From the NCBI RefSeq assembly GCF_002087085.1, contig NZ_MWQY01000004.1, forward strand, positions 62,001 to 126,000: DNA of 64,000 nucleotides, in the 5' to 3' direction. Below the pieces are notes generated by a model. That model had not been told where the DNA came from, did no database searches, and saw only the letters and a program-made list of their open reading frames with translations. How positions within the stretch are numbered: position 1 is the first letter of the stretch; the number at the start of each line of letters is the position of its first letter. Shown in pieces: positions 46,824 to 56,369 of the stretch. Position numbers and translations under genes: made by a program.

Positions 46824-47885
46824 ATGACACATAACACAGGAAATCTTTTCGCCCCCGCAAGGCGCGGTCTGCTGCGGACCCCCGGGGGCATAATTATCAG
46901 CCTGTTATTAGGAGTATTTTTCATGACCAGCTGCAATGCTCAGCCGGAGTTCAGCGACGGACTCTACGCCGCGATTAACACGGAGAAGGGAACCATCTAC
47001 CTTGAACTCGAATACCGGAAAGCCCCTCTGACGGTGTCCAATTTTGTGGGTCTTGCCGAAGGAAGTATCGACCATGATGAAGGAGACGGCCCTTTTTATG
47101 ACGGACTGAACTTTCACCGGGTGGTGGATGACTTCGTTATACAGGGAGGCTGTCCTCAGGGAAACGGAACCGGAGGTCCCGGGTACAGTTTTCCCGATGA
47201 ATTTCACCCCGAGCTGCGCCACGACGGACCGGGAATCCTCTCCATGGCCAACAGCGGCGCCAATACCAACGGAAGCCAGTTTTTCATTACCCACCGGGAA
47301 ACTCCGCACCTGGACGACCGACATTCGGTATTCGGCCGCGTAGTCGAAGGAATGGATGTGGTCAACAAGATAGAGGCGGGAGACCGGATCAATTCCGTGG
47401 AGATACTGCGCGTAGGTTCCGAGGCGGAAGCCTTTACCGTAAACCAGGACGGTTTCGATGAGCTGATCCAGAAAATCCGGAAGGAGACAGCGGAGAAAAA
47501 GGCAGCGGCACAACAGGGACTTTTAAAGCAGATAACCGACAAATGGCCCGGCCTGTCTTCAACAGAATCCGGGGTATACTACGAAATCCTGCAGTCCGGC
47601 TCGGGTCAGACTGCGGACGCAAAACGTCCCGTTACCGTACATTACAAGCTCAGCCTTTTGAACGGCAGCGTCATACAGTCCAGCTTCGGAGGAGACCCGG
47701 TGGAATTCTCCCTGGACAAGGTAATCCCCGGATGGCGGGAAGGAATCCTTGCCGGAGACGGCATGAAGGCCGGAGAAAAGAGACGCCTGGTAATCCCTCC
47801 CCACCTGGGATACGGAGAACAGGGGTATCCGGGAGTCATACCTCCCAACTCCTTTCTGGTTTTTGTTGTCGAATTGTTGAAATAA
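46824..47885 (+). CDS. Cyclophilin-FKBP dual peptidyl-prolyl isomerase (probable lipoprotein)
   Basis: FHRVVDDFVIQGG, LSMANSG.NTNGSQFFIT, HLD..HSVFG; then VTVHY, VIPGW.EG, IPPHLGYG..IPPNS. Confidence 0.92.
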   Translation: MTHNTGNLFAPARRGLLRTPGGIIISLLLGVFFMTSCNAQPEFSDGLYAAINTEKGTIYLELEYRKAPLTVSNFVGLAEGSIDHDEGDGPFYDGLNFHRVVDDFVIQGGCPQGNGTGGPGYSFPDEFHPELRHDGPGILSMANSGANTNGSQFFITHRETPHLDDRHSVFGRVVEGMDVVNKIEAGDRINSVEILRVGSEAEAFTVNQDGFDELIQKIRKETAEKKAAAQQGLLKQITDKWPGLSSTESGVYYEILQSGSGQTADAKRPVTVHYKLSLLNGSVIQSSFGGDPVEFSLDKVIPGWREGILAGDGMKAGEKRRLVIPPHLGYGEQGYPGVIPPNSFLVFVVELLK

Positions 47886-47933
47886 CAGTACCGGCATGAG
47901 TATTTTGAGTCAAATACATACGCGAGGTGATAC

Positions 47934-48389
47934 ATGAGACGCAATCTTCTGATTCTTCTTGTGCTGCTGATCTTTGCCCTCCCCGCCGCCGCCAGCGATA
48001 TCGGCGCGGGCATCATTATTGGTGAACCCACGGGACTGAGCTTTTCCCTGAACAACCAGTTCGTTCTGGGGGCCGCCTGGTCCTTCCGGGAGTATGTGCA
48101 CCTCCACGGTGATTACATCTTCCTGCGAAACGGAATCGAGAAAATCGAAGAAGAGATTGCCAAGCCCTTCGGCTGGTATCTCGGCGGAGGAGCAAAGGTG
48201 AGAATCTTTACCCGGGACAAGGACACCGATGATTCCGCCGTCGGCCTGGGTCTCAGAATTCCGGTGGGAGTAACCTTTTATCCCGCCGAGAAGATCGAAC
48301 TGTTCCTCGAGCTGGCTCCCGGAATCGCCCTCTTTCCCGATACCGAAGGCGATCTCGACGGCGGTATCGGCATTCGGTACCACTTCTGA
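47934..48389 (+). CDS. Small outer-membrane beta-barrel protein
   Basis: Signal peptide, GEPTGLS, alternating beta-strands, C-terminal GIGIRYHF. Confidence 0.8.
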   Translation: MRRNLLILLVLLIFALPAAASDIGAGIIIGEPTGLSFSLNNQFVLGAAWSFREYVHLHGDYIFLRNGIEKIEEEIAKPFGWYLGGGAKVRIFTRDKDTDDSAVGLGLRIPVGVTFYPAEKIELFLELAPGIALFPDTEGDLDGGIGIRYHF

Positions 48390-49738
48390 AAAAAAACGCC
48401 GTCCGCTTCGTCTGCTCTTCCTGCGGGCATGCGGAAGCAAAGTGGCTCGGCCGCTGCCCCTCCTGCGGACAGTGGAACACCCTCACCGAGGAGAGTGTCT
48501 CTCCCCGGGAGGGGAAAAAGCCGCCTTCCCGACGTACAGCACATCAGGCCGAAACCCTCTCCCGGATACCCGAGGATGCCGTTAAACGGCTGGATACGGG
48601 CATCCCCGAACTGAACCAGGTCCTGGGGGGCGGCATGGTCCCCGGCAGTTCGGTACTCATCGGCGGTCAGCCTGGAATCGGAAAATCCACCCTGCTGCTA
48701 CAGGTATCCCGCAGCGTCCGCTGTTCCGGTACGGTACTGTACATCTCCGGGGAGGAATCCCCCCGGCAGATCGCCATGCGGGCCCGGCGCATCGGGGCTG
48801 CTTCGGACACGATAAAGGTCCTCTGCGAAACCGACGTTACCAGCCTGCTGCGGCACATGGAGGCCATACAGCCCGCCCTGGTGGTGGTGGATTCCATCCA
48901 GACCCTGATCTGCGAAGAGCTGGGGCCGGTACCGGGGACGGTGAACCAGATAAAGTACGGCAGTCACGAAGTCAGCGACTGGTGCCGGGAACACCAGGTG
49001 CCCCTCTTTCTGGTGGCCCACGTAACAAAGGAGGGCTCCATTGCCGGTCCCAAGGTGGTGGAGCACATGGTGGATGCGGTGCTCTATTTCGAGGAGGCCG
49101 AGGGCGGTATCCGGCTTCTCCGGGCCATGAAAAACCGCTTCGGACCGGTGAACGAGCTGGGGATCTTCTCCATGGAGGAGCGGGGTCTCATCGGCGTGGA
49201 CAATCCATCCTCCCTCTTTCTGCAGAACCGCGAAGGGGGACTTCCTCCGGGAGCTGCAATCGCTCCGGTTTACGAAGGCAGCCGGGTGCTTCTGGTGGAG
49301 ATCCAGGCTCTTACGGTTCCCGCAAAGAGCGGTATTTCCCGGACCTTCGCCGACCGCATAGACTCACGCAGGGTGTCGCGCATCGCGGCGGTCCTGGAAA
49401 AACACGTGGGTCTGCGCTTCAGCGACCAGGATCTCTACGTCAACGTTGCGGGAGGTATCCGTCTCGACGAGGTGGGAATCGATCTTCCCCTGGCGGTGGC
49501 CCTCTATTCCGCCCGAACCGGTCTGGCCGCTCCTGAGGGTACCGTATTCGCCGGAGAGGTCAGCCTTGCCGGGGAGGTCCGGCCGGTCCCTCAGGCGGAG
49601 ATGCGCAGCAGGGCCGCGGAGAAGCTCGGGTTTTCCGCCCGCATCGGTCCCGGAAGGGATGGCGGAGACGAAAAGGGGAAAAATCTCCGGGGCCTCAAGG
49701 ATACCCTGGCAGAGCTCTTTTCAGCAAAACAGAACTGA
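48386..49738 (+). CDS. radA: DNA repair protein RadA/Sms (apparent CTG start)
   Basis: In frame upstream of the track ORF: KKNAVRFVCSSCG..KWLGRCPSCGQWNTL zinc finger; GQPGIGKSTLL, KNRFG. Confidence 0.92.
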   Translation: MKKNAVRFVCSSCGHAEAKWLGRCPSCGQWNTLTEESVSPREGKKPPSRRTAHQAETLSRIPEDAVKRLDTGIPELNQVLGGGMVPGSSVLIGGQPGIGKSTLLLQVSRSVRCSGTVLYISGEESPRQIAMRARRIGAASDTIKVLCETDVTSLLRHMEAIQPALVVVDSIQTLICEELGPVPGTVNQIKYGSHEVSDWCREHQVPLFLVAHVTKEGSIAGPKVVEHMVDAVLYFEEAEGGIRLLRAMKNRFGPVNELGIFSMEERGLIGVDNPSSLFLQNREGGLPPGAAIAPVYEGSRVLLVEIQALTVPAKSGISRTFADRIDSRRVSRIAAVLEKHVGLRFSDQDLYVNVAGGIRLDEVGIDLPLAVALYSARTGLAAPEGTVFAGEVSLAGEVRPVPQAEMRSRAAEKLGFSARIGPGRDGGDEKGKNLRGLKDTLAELFSAKQN

Positions 49739-49775
49739 TCCTTCCGCCTGCGGGAAGATTGAGGAGGAGCCTTCC

Positions 49776-50084
49776 ATGTATCAGCTCTATTTCTACGTAC
49801 CCGAATCCCATAAGGAGAAGGTAAAAGAGGCCTGTTTCGGCGCCGGAGCCGGTACCATCGGGGAGTACAGCCGCTGTTCCTGGGAGGTGAAGGGAAGCGG
49901 ACAATTCCTGCCGGGAGATGCAAGCACTCCCTTTCTGGGCAAGAAAGGGCAGCTTCAGAGAGAGCCGGAATACCGTGTGGAGATGGTTCTCGAAGATCCC
50001 CTGAAAGAAGGGGTCATACAGGCACTGAAAGAGACCCATCCCTATGAAACTCCCGCTTTCGGACTTCTGCGAATCGAGATATAA
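49776..50084 (+). CDS. NIF3/YqfO-like small protein
   Basis: MYQLYFYVPESH, AGAGTIGEYSRCSW, HPYETPAF; SD GAGGAGG. Confidence 0.85.
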   Translation: MYQLYFYVPESHKEKVKEACFGAGAGTIGEYSRCSWEVKGSGQFLPGDASTPFLGKKGQLQREPEYRVEMVLEDPLKEGVIQALKETHPYETPAFGLLRIEI

Positions 50085-50127
50085 TCTGCACTGATCACCT
50101 TAATGTAAAATCAGGAGTACGGAATCA

Positions 50128-51456
50128 ATGAATTTTCCAAAGGATTTTCTTTTCGGCTCAGCTACGGCCAGCTATCAGGTGGAAGGCGCCTGGGACAAAG
50201 ACGGCAGAACCATGAGTATCTGGGACACCTTCTGCAGGACCCCCGGAGCGGTGCGTCACGGCCACACGGGGGACAGGGCCTGCGACCAGTACCACAGATA
50301 CCCTGAAGACATCGACCTCATGTACCGGGCCGGGATCCAGTCCTACCGCTTCTCCCTCGCCTGGCCCAGGATCTTTCCGAAGGGAGGCAGTACCCCCAAC
50401 CCCGCAGGAATCGATTATTATAATCGCCTTATCGACGCCCTTCTGGATAAGGGCATAACACCCGCAATCACCCTCTATCACTGGGACCTTCCCCAGGAAC
50501 TGCAGGATTCGGGGGGCTGGACCGTCAGGAAAACCGCCGAAAAATACGCTGATTATGCAGCCTTCTGCTTCAAGACCTTCGGCGACCGGGTGAAGACCTG
50601 GATCACCCTGAACGAGCCCTGGTGCTCATCCCACCTCGGCTACCTTCATGGCGAACACGCACCGGGTATTCGTGACCGGGCCATGGCCTACAGGGCTGTA
50701 CACCACCTCAACCTGGCCCATGGCCTGGCGGTACAGCGCTTTCGCAGCATGAACCTGAAGGGCAGAATCGGCATATCCCTGAACCTGAGCACCCCCCGGC
50801 CGGCTGCACGCCACCCGGAAGATCTCCACGCTGCGGACCGGGCCGCCGACGGCCAGAGCAGGATCTACCTCGACCCGCTTTTCGGAAAAGGCTATCCCCA
50901 GCGGCACCTGGATACAGAACCGGCTGTGCACATGCCCATAGAGCCCGGAGATATGGAAATAATCTCATCCCCCATCGATTTTCTCGGTCTGAACTACTAC
51001 TGGGAGGAGGTGGTTCGGCATGACGCCTCCGCAGCGGAGGAGTTTGTCGCCGTCCCTTCTCATTTCAAAAAGACCGCCATGGGCTGGGATGTGGTACCTG
51101 AGGGGCTGTACCGGCAGATCAGATGGGTCCACGAAACCTACGGTCCCCTGGACCTCTACATCACCGAAAACGGCGCGGCCTTTCCGGACCGGCTGGACGA
51201 AAGCGGAACGGCCTGCCATGACCCGGAGCGCATCGAATATTTACGAGAGCACCTGCGGGTGTGCAAACGCCTCTGCAGCGAAGGCATTCCCTTGAAGGGC
51301 TACTTTCTCTGGTCCCTCCTGGACAACTTTGAGTGGGCCCACGGCTATACGAAGCGTTTCGGGATTATCTATATCGACTACGGCGATATGCGAAGGATCC
51401 CCAAGGACAGCTACTATTTTTACCGGGATGTTATAGCGGGAACGGAGCCGCTGTAG
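50128..51456 (+). CDS. Glycoside hydrolase family 1 beta-glucosidase
   Basis: ATASYQVEG, TLYHWDLP, NEP acid/base, ITENG nucleophile, DNFEW. Confidence 0.95.
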   Translation: MNFPKDFLFGSATASYQVEGAWDKDGRTMSIWDTFCRTPGAVRHGHTGDRACDQYHRYPEDIDLMYRAGIQSYRFSLAWPRIFPKGGSTPNPAGIDYYNRLIDALLDKGITPAITLYHWDLPQELQDSGGWTVRKTAEKYADYAAFCFKTFGDRVKTWITLNEPWCSSHLGYLHGEHAPGIRDRAMAYRAVHHLNLAHGLAVQRFRSMNLKGRIGISLNLSTPRPAARHPEDLHAADRAADGQSRIYLDPLFGKGYPQRHLDTEPAVHMPIEPGDMEIISSPIDFLGLNYYWEEVVRHDASAAEEFVAVPSHFKKTAMGWDVVPEGLYRQIRWVHETYGPLDLYITENGAAFPDRLDESGTACHDPERIEYLREHLRVCKRLCSEGIPLKGYFLWSLLDNFEWAHGYTKRFGIIYIDYGDMRRIPKDSYYFYRDVIAGTEPL

Positions 51457-52199
51457 TCGGACAGCCAGATCCAGCCCTCCCTGCGGACCAGGGATTCCTT
51501 TTCCGCGGGGGGACGGATTACCCTGCCTTCAAGATAGTCCCTGCAGACAAGGGTACACAGGAGGGCATCCAGAATATCAGCATCCTCGAGGAAAGGCTCC
51601 CGGGGAACTTCCATGAACAGCTCCTTTTCAAGCTCTGCAAGAATAAACCTCCGCTGGTCCAGCTGGTCCTTCTTCTTGTAGGAATGGTCCGGCAGTCCTG
51701 AAACCTTGAGCCAGGCTGCGGGGTAAGTCTCCAGCACCGCGGAACGTGCCGCTGTTCCCGGATCCCACCCCGGGGAGAAGGAAAGACTGCTCAGGCGCCT
51801 TATTTCATCCAGGAGGCGAAGAGCGGCATGGGCCGTGCGGGCAATGCGGTCCGCCCCGACGTCCATGGGACGTTTACCGATTGCCCGGGCGGTAAAATCA
51901 TCGGTGTAACGGCGGAAGAGTTCGTTGGCAGGGGGGAGCAGGGCATCCCCGGCGCGGTGGAGGCTCAGAGATTCCGACAGAGCAACCGGCCAGCCCAGGG
52001 GTGCATCCATTCCCAGCAGAACCGGAAGCCCGGGTTTTGCCGCTATCCAGCGGGCTGCGATCTCCGCCGGAGAATCCTTAAGCCCGGAGCAGGCTTCCAG
52101 GACACGCAGGGTCTCACCTTTCCGATACTGCGCCAGGCACAGCCCGATATTGGAAGGATCGACAGCACAGTCAATCCCGATGAGCAGTACGGAGCTCAC
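51420..52199 (-). CDS. DUF429 family protein (predicted RNase H-fold)
   Basis: GIDCA, MDAPLGWP, RYTD, ETYPAA, DILDALLC. Confidence 0.8.
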   Translation of the reverse strand: MSSVLLIGIDCAVDPSNIGLCLAQYRKGETLRVLEACSGLKDSPAEIAARWIAAKPGLPVLLGMDAPLGWPVALSESLSLHRAGDALLPPANELFRRYTDDFTARAIGKRPMDVGADRIARTAHAALRLLDEIRRLSSLSFSPGWDPGTAARSAVLETYPAAWLKVSGLPDHSYKKKDQLDQRRFILAELEKELFMEVPREPFLEDADILDALLCTLVCRDYLEGRVIRPPAEKESLVRREGWIWLSDYSGSVPAITSR

Positions 52200-53350
52200 G
52201 ACAGGCGGTCCCGGTAGTCCCCGTAAGCGAATTCCCGCAGCAGCTCGCGGCTGCCGTCCCTCCTGACAATTCCGATGGAAGGATGGGCGACCCCGTTGAA
52301 CATGCTGGTCTTTACCATGGTGTAGTGAATCATGTCCTCGAATATAATCTCGTCCCCCGGGGCCAGGGGTTCATCGAAGAGCCAGTCGCCCATTACGTCC
52401 CCGGCAAGACAGCTGTTTCCCCCCATGCGGTACCTGTAGCCCCTCGTATCCTCTGCGGAAGCAATCCGCGCCCCCCGGATCCGGGGCTGATAGGGCATCT
52501 CCAGACAGTCGGGCATGTGGGCGGTAAAGGAGACATCCAGGATCGCAGTCAACACCCCTCCCCTGCTTACAATGTCCTGGACCGTGGATTTCAGGTACCC
52601 CGTCTCCCAGGCGAAAGCGCTGCCGGGCTCGAGGATCACCATCAGGTTCGGATACTCCGCCTTCAGGCCCTTGAGGCTGCGGTCAAGAAGGTCCAGATCA
52701 TAGGTTTTCCTGGTCAGCAGGTGGCCGCCCCCCAGGTTCAGCCAGGAAAGGGAGGAAAGCAGATCGCCGTAGCCTTCCCGTACAGCCTGGATAAGGTCTG
52801 CGCTGTTCCGGGCACTGGACTCGCAGAGGGCATGCACATGAAGGCCCTCGGGGGAACACTCAGTCATCAGCTCATCAAGCTCTTCCCGGGGCATTCCCAG
52901 GCGGCTTACCGGCGAGGCGGGATTGTAGAGGGCCGTCTCGACGGGAGACCATCCGGGATTGACCCGCACACCCCAGGAGACCCCGGCTGCAGCCCTCTTG
53001 TTGTACCCCTGAAGTCGGGGCAGAAAACGCCGCGCCTGAGCGGCGGAGTTGAAGGTGATATGGGAGGATATATCCAGGAGCCGGCTGAACTCCTTTTCTG
53101 CATAAACCGGGGCGTAGGTGTAACAGGGACGCCCCATCTCTTCGGCTATGAGGCGTGCCTCGTTCAGGGAACTTGCCGCTGCCCCATCCACGTACTCCGC
53201 CAGCAGGGGAAACACCCTCCACAGGGCAAAGCCCTTCAGGGCCGGGATAATGCGTACGCCGGCACTCCGTGCCAGGGAGCTGATGGTTTCGAGATTGGCA
53301 GTCAGCAGCTCTTCTTCCAGAACATAACAGGGAGACGGAAAGGATTTCAT
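52196..53350 (-). CDS. nspC: Carboxy(nor)spermidine decarboxylase
   Basis: PSPCYVLEE, ALKGFA, SSLNEARL, GLHVHALCE, NLGGGH, HMPDCLEMPY, CLAGD, HYTMVK..FNG. Confidence 0.92.
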   Translation of the reverse strand: MKSFPSPCYVLEEELLTANLETISSLARSAGVRIIPALKGFALWRVFPLLAEYVDGAAASSLNEARLIAEEMGRPCYTYAPVYAEKEFSRLLDISSHITFNSAAQARRFLPRLQGYNKRAAAGVSWGVRVNPGWSPVETALYNPASPVSRLGMPREELDELMTECSPEGLHVHALCESSARNSADLIQAVREGYGDLLSSLSWLNLGGGHLLTRKTYDLDLLDRSLKGLKAEYPNLMVILEPGSAFAWETGYLKSTVQDIVSRGGVLTAILDVSFTAHMPDCLEMPYQPRIRGARIASAEDTRGYRYRMGGNSCLAGDVMGDWLFDEPLAPGDEIIFEDMIHYTMVKTSMFNGVAHPSIGIVRRDGSRELLREFAYGDYRDRLS

Positions 53351-53411
53351 ACAGATCAGAGTACCCGTTGAAGAGTTCCTGTACAAGGGACCTGTTTCCG
53401 GCTCCCGACAG

Positions 53412-55079
53412 CTAGGTCTCCTGCATTGCCAGGTAACGCTTCCGGGCGAAACTGTCAATGCCTCTCTGTTCGGCGATTCCCCTGAACCTGCCCTCCCCGT
53501 CAACGGCGGCGATATACTCGACCCCCGTTTTCCGCATTCTTTTCTCAGCCTCCCGCAGACTGAGTTCCGGGGAGGCGAGCACGGGAAGAGGACTCATGAT
53601 ATCCACAGCCAGCAGAAAATGGTTCAGTTCCGATGAAACGAGTACGGTCTTCAGATTATCGAAGCTTATTACCCCGATAAGCCGGTCGTTTTTATCCAGC
53701 ACGCACAGTTCGCTGAAGGAGGTCTCGGCAAAACGGTGTATTACTTCGCTGATGGGAGTCGCGTCCCTGACAAAGGCATCCTCCGGGCTCAGGAGTTCCG
53801 CAAGCTTGAGCTGCTCTTTAAGGACCTCCTCGCTGATATTTTTCCCGGCCTCATCCGCTTTATCGACGGCGTATTTAATCAGGGTCGGCCCCAGCAGCTG
53901 CAGTATGAATGTGGAGGTGGTAACCATGATCAGAATCGTTTCGCCGACGGCGCCGGGAAAACGCTGGGCTGCAACAATGGCCAGACCGACAGCCACACCG
54001 GACTGGCTGAGCAGACAATAGGGAAGATATTTCCTGAGTTTATTCGGCGCTCCCGAAAGACGACCGCCAAGACGTACACCCAGAGTTTTTCCCGTAAAAC
54101 GGGCAAGGATGAATATTCCGATCATCAGGAGAATCAGGGGAGACAGGCTTGCAAATTTAAGCGATGCACCGACAAAAACGAAAAAGAGAACATAGATGGG
54201 CGTGGAAAACCGCTCGATCAGATTAAAAACAATTTTGCTTTTCCTGGGAGCTTTATTTACCAGGACGGCACCCATGATCATGGCGGTCATAAGCATGTCG
54301 ACATCAAGAAAGATGGAGGCCCCAAGGACCAGAAGAATCGCCCCCATGGCAAAGACGAAGATCTTCTCCTCTTCGGTGTATTTCTTCAAAAGCCAGATCA
54401 ATGCAAAGCCCGAAAGCAGGCCAAGGGCCACCGCGCCGAAGGTTTCGTAGAGGGGAAACATCATGGAAGCCAGAAGGTTCTCTCCGCCGAAGCCCAGCAG
54501 AGGCGCCGCAACTCCCGCGAGAATGGTAAACAGAAACAGGGCGAGAATATCATCCAGAGCTATAATCCCCAGCAGGGTGGAGGTTACAATACCCCGTGCC
54601 CGGTACTCCGAGAGAACATCAGTGGTTCCGGCTGCAGCAGTGGCAGCGGCAATACTGCCCAGAAGAAGGCTGACTGCAAGAGCGACGGAATCGGAAAAAA
54701 GAAGCCGCAGGGGCCAGAAGACTGCCAGGCTGACCAGAAAGAAAGCACCCAGGGCCTCTAAAAACAGTATATAGGTAAACTGCCGGCCGTTCTTTTTCAG
54801 GGTGGCGAATTTGAGTTCCCCTCCCAGGCTGAAGCTTATCAATCCCAGGGCAAAATAGTTGATCGCCTGAAAACGGTCCAGAGTCACGGAGGAGAGAAAG
54901 CCCATGCCCGACTCCCCCAGGGCAAGACCGATGAGGATATACCCCACAACCTGGGGTATCCTGATCTTCTGAAAAAGCCGCCCCCCTATGGTACCGCCGA
55001 AAAGCGCAATGCCGATGAAGAGCAGGGCATTCAGCTCCTCGATCCTCATGCTGCCATTAATCAGTTCCAGAATCTTCAT
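53412..55079 (-). CDS. Cation:proton antiporter (CPA2-like) with C-terminal CBS pair
   Basis: IPQVVGYI, LGGEL, ALDD, QSGVAVGL, followed by two CBS-like repeats. Confidence 0.85.
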   Translation of the reverse strand: MKILELINGSMRIEELNALLFIGIALFGGTIGGRLFQKIRIPQVVGYILIGLALGESGMGFLSSVTLDRFQAINYFALGLISFSLGGELKFATLKKNGRQFTYILFLEALGAFFLVSLAVFWPLRLLFSDSVALAVSLLLGSIAAATAAAGTTDVLSEYRARGIVTSTLLGIIALDDILALFLFTILAGVAAPLLGFGGENLLASMMFPLYETFGAVALGLLSGFALIWLLKKYTEEEKIFVFAMGAILLVLGASIFLDVDMLMTAMIMGAVLVNKAPRKSKIVFNLIERFSTPIYVLFFVFVGASLKFASLSPLILLMIGIFILARFTGKTLGVRLGGRLSGAPNKLRKYLPYCLLSQSGVAVGLAIVAAQRFPGAVGETILIMVTTSTFILQLLGPTLIKYAVDKADEAGKNISEEVLKEQLKLAELLSPEDAFVRDATPISEVIHRFAETSFSELCVLDKNDRLIGVISFDNLKTVLVSSELNHFLLAVDIMSPLPVLASPELSLREAEKRMRKTGVEYIAAVDGEGRFRGIAEQRGIDSFARKRYLAMQET

Positions 55080-55552
55080 ACCTTCTGCTCCGTCGTTCCG
55101 TTCAGATAATCCCGGAGAAGATCATAACCCTGCTGAGCCGAGGAGATTGCCGCAAGCTGATTCCGCAGGTGCTCCATCTTCATAAGGGAGACAATTTCCG
55201 ACAGCAGGGCCACGTGCTCCCGCTGCTGATCCTCTTTTAAAAGAATCATAAAGAGTATTTTTACCGGCAGACCGTCTATGGACTCATAATCCGGGATCCC
55301 TTTGGGCTGAACGCCGATCCGCAGCACAGGCGTATTGATTCCAGCAGCGCGTATATGGGGAATACCGAGCCCCAGACCAATTCCGGTGCTCATAAGCTCC
55401 TCCCTGGCAAGGAGTTTCTCCAGAATCTCCTTGCCGCTCAGGGAAGAAGCGGCCTCCGGCACCGAGGAGACAAGCTGTCCCAGGGTATCGGTTTTTCCAG
55501 CCTCCTTGAGCAGCAGAATCGAGTCCGGGGTAATCAGTCTATTCAAATGCAT
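55076..55552 (-). CDS. PTS EIIA (Fru/Ntr-type) domain protein
   Basis: REELMSTGIGLGLGIPH, DGLPV, H..LL. Confidence 0.88.
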   Translation of the reverse strand: MHLNRLITPDSILLLKEAGKTDTLGQLVSSVPEAASSLSGKEILEKLLAREELMSTGIGLGLGIPHIRAAGINTPVLRIGVQPKGIPDYESIDGLPVKILFMILLKEDQQREHVALLSEIVSLMKMEHLRNQLAAISSAQQGYDLLRDYLNGTTEQKV

Positions 55553-55712
55553 ACAAGCCTCTCTTGTTCATATTTGTCATTTTCAGGGCACATATGTACA
55601 ATATAGTCCTTTATTGTCCATTGTCAAGGATGCCTGAAAAAAATGCTCCGCAGAAATTGTTATTTTCTCTCTTTTATTACAATTTTTGTTATATTTAAAA
55701 CAAGGAAGAAGT

Positions 55713-56369
55713 ATGAGAGTAAAAATATGTGTGTATTCCCTGGTCCTCATGTTTATCAGCATTACAATAATAGCAGAAAGCTGGATGATAGCCTACATCG
55801 AAGGCGAAACCCATATTCACCGTGGAAGCACGCAGGAAATCGCGGATTTCGGTTCTCGGCTGCAACCCGGTGATACCGTGTCGACCGGAGCTGCCTCCCT
55901 GGCAATACTGGAGAGCAGCCGGGGAAGCAAAATAAAAATGAAGGAAAACACCCGGCTTCGCCTGGACAGCCTGGAGGAGAATGTGAAAGTTCATCTTCAG
56001 CGGGGAGGCGTTTTCTCCCGGATTGTCCGTCTTCTTAAGGACTCCTTTACCGTCACAACACCGTCGGTAGCTGCGGGGGTACGGGGAACGGAGTTCTTCA
56101 TCGCCTACGGCCTGGTAATAGAGGATGAGGCGGACATCTGGCTCTGCGTCAACGAAGGTTCAGTGGCAGTCAGGTCGGCACAGCAGGAGGTCCTGGTACA
56201 GGCCGGAGAGGGGGTCAATATTATAAACGGGTCCAGGATTACAGAGCCAAGGTTTTATCCCTGGACCCGTGGGCTGAACTGGAATACCGATCCGGAAGCT
56301 GGAAATGTCCGGGACACCACCGATCTGATCGCTCTTTACTACGATTTACTGGATATCGATTATGACTGA
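55713..56369 (+). CDS. FecR-like domain exported protein
   Basis: Signal peptide, GDTVSTG, ENT, TPSVAAGVRGTEF, VNEGSV. Confidence 0.8.
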   Translation: MRVKICVYSLVLMFISITIIAESWMIAYIEGETHIHRGSTQEIADFGSRLQPGDTVSTGAASLAILESSRGSKIKMKENTRLRLDSLEENVKVHLQRGGVFSRIVRLLKDSFTVTTPSVAAGVRGTEFFIAYGLVIEDEADIWLCVNEGSVAVRSAQQEVLVQAGEGVNIINGSRITEPRFYPWTRGLNWNTDPEAGNVRDTTDLIALYYDLLDIDYD

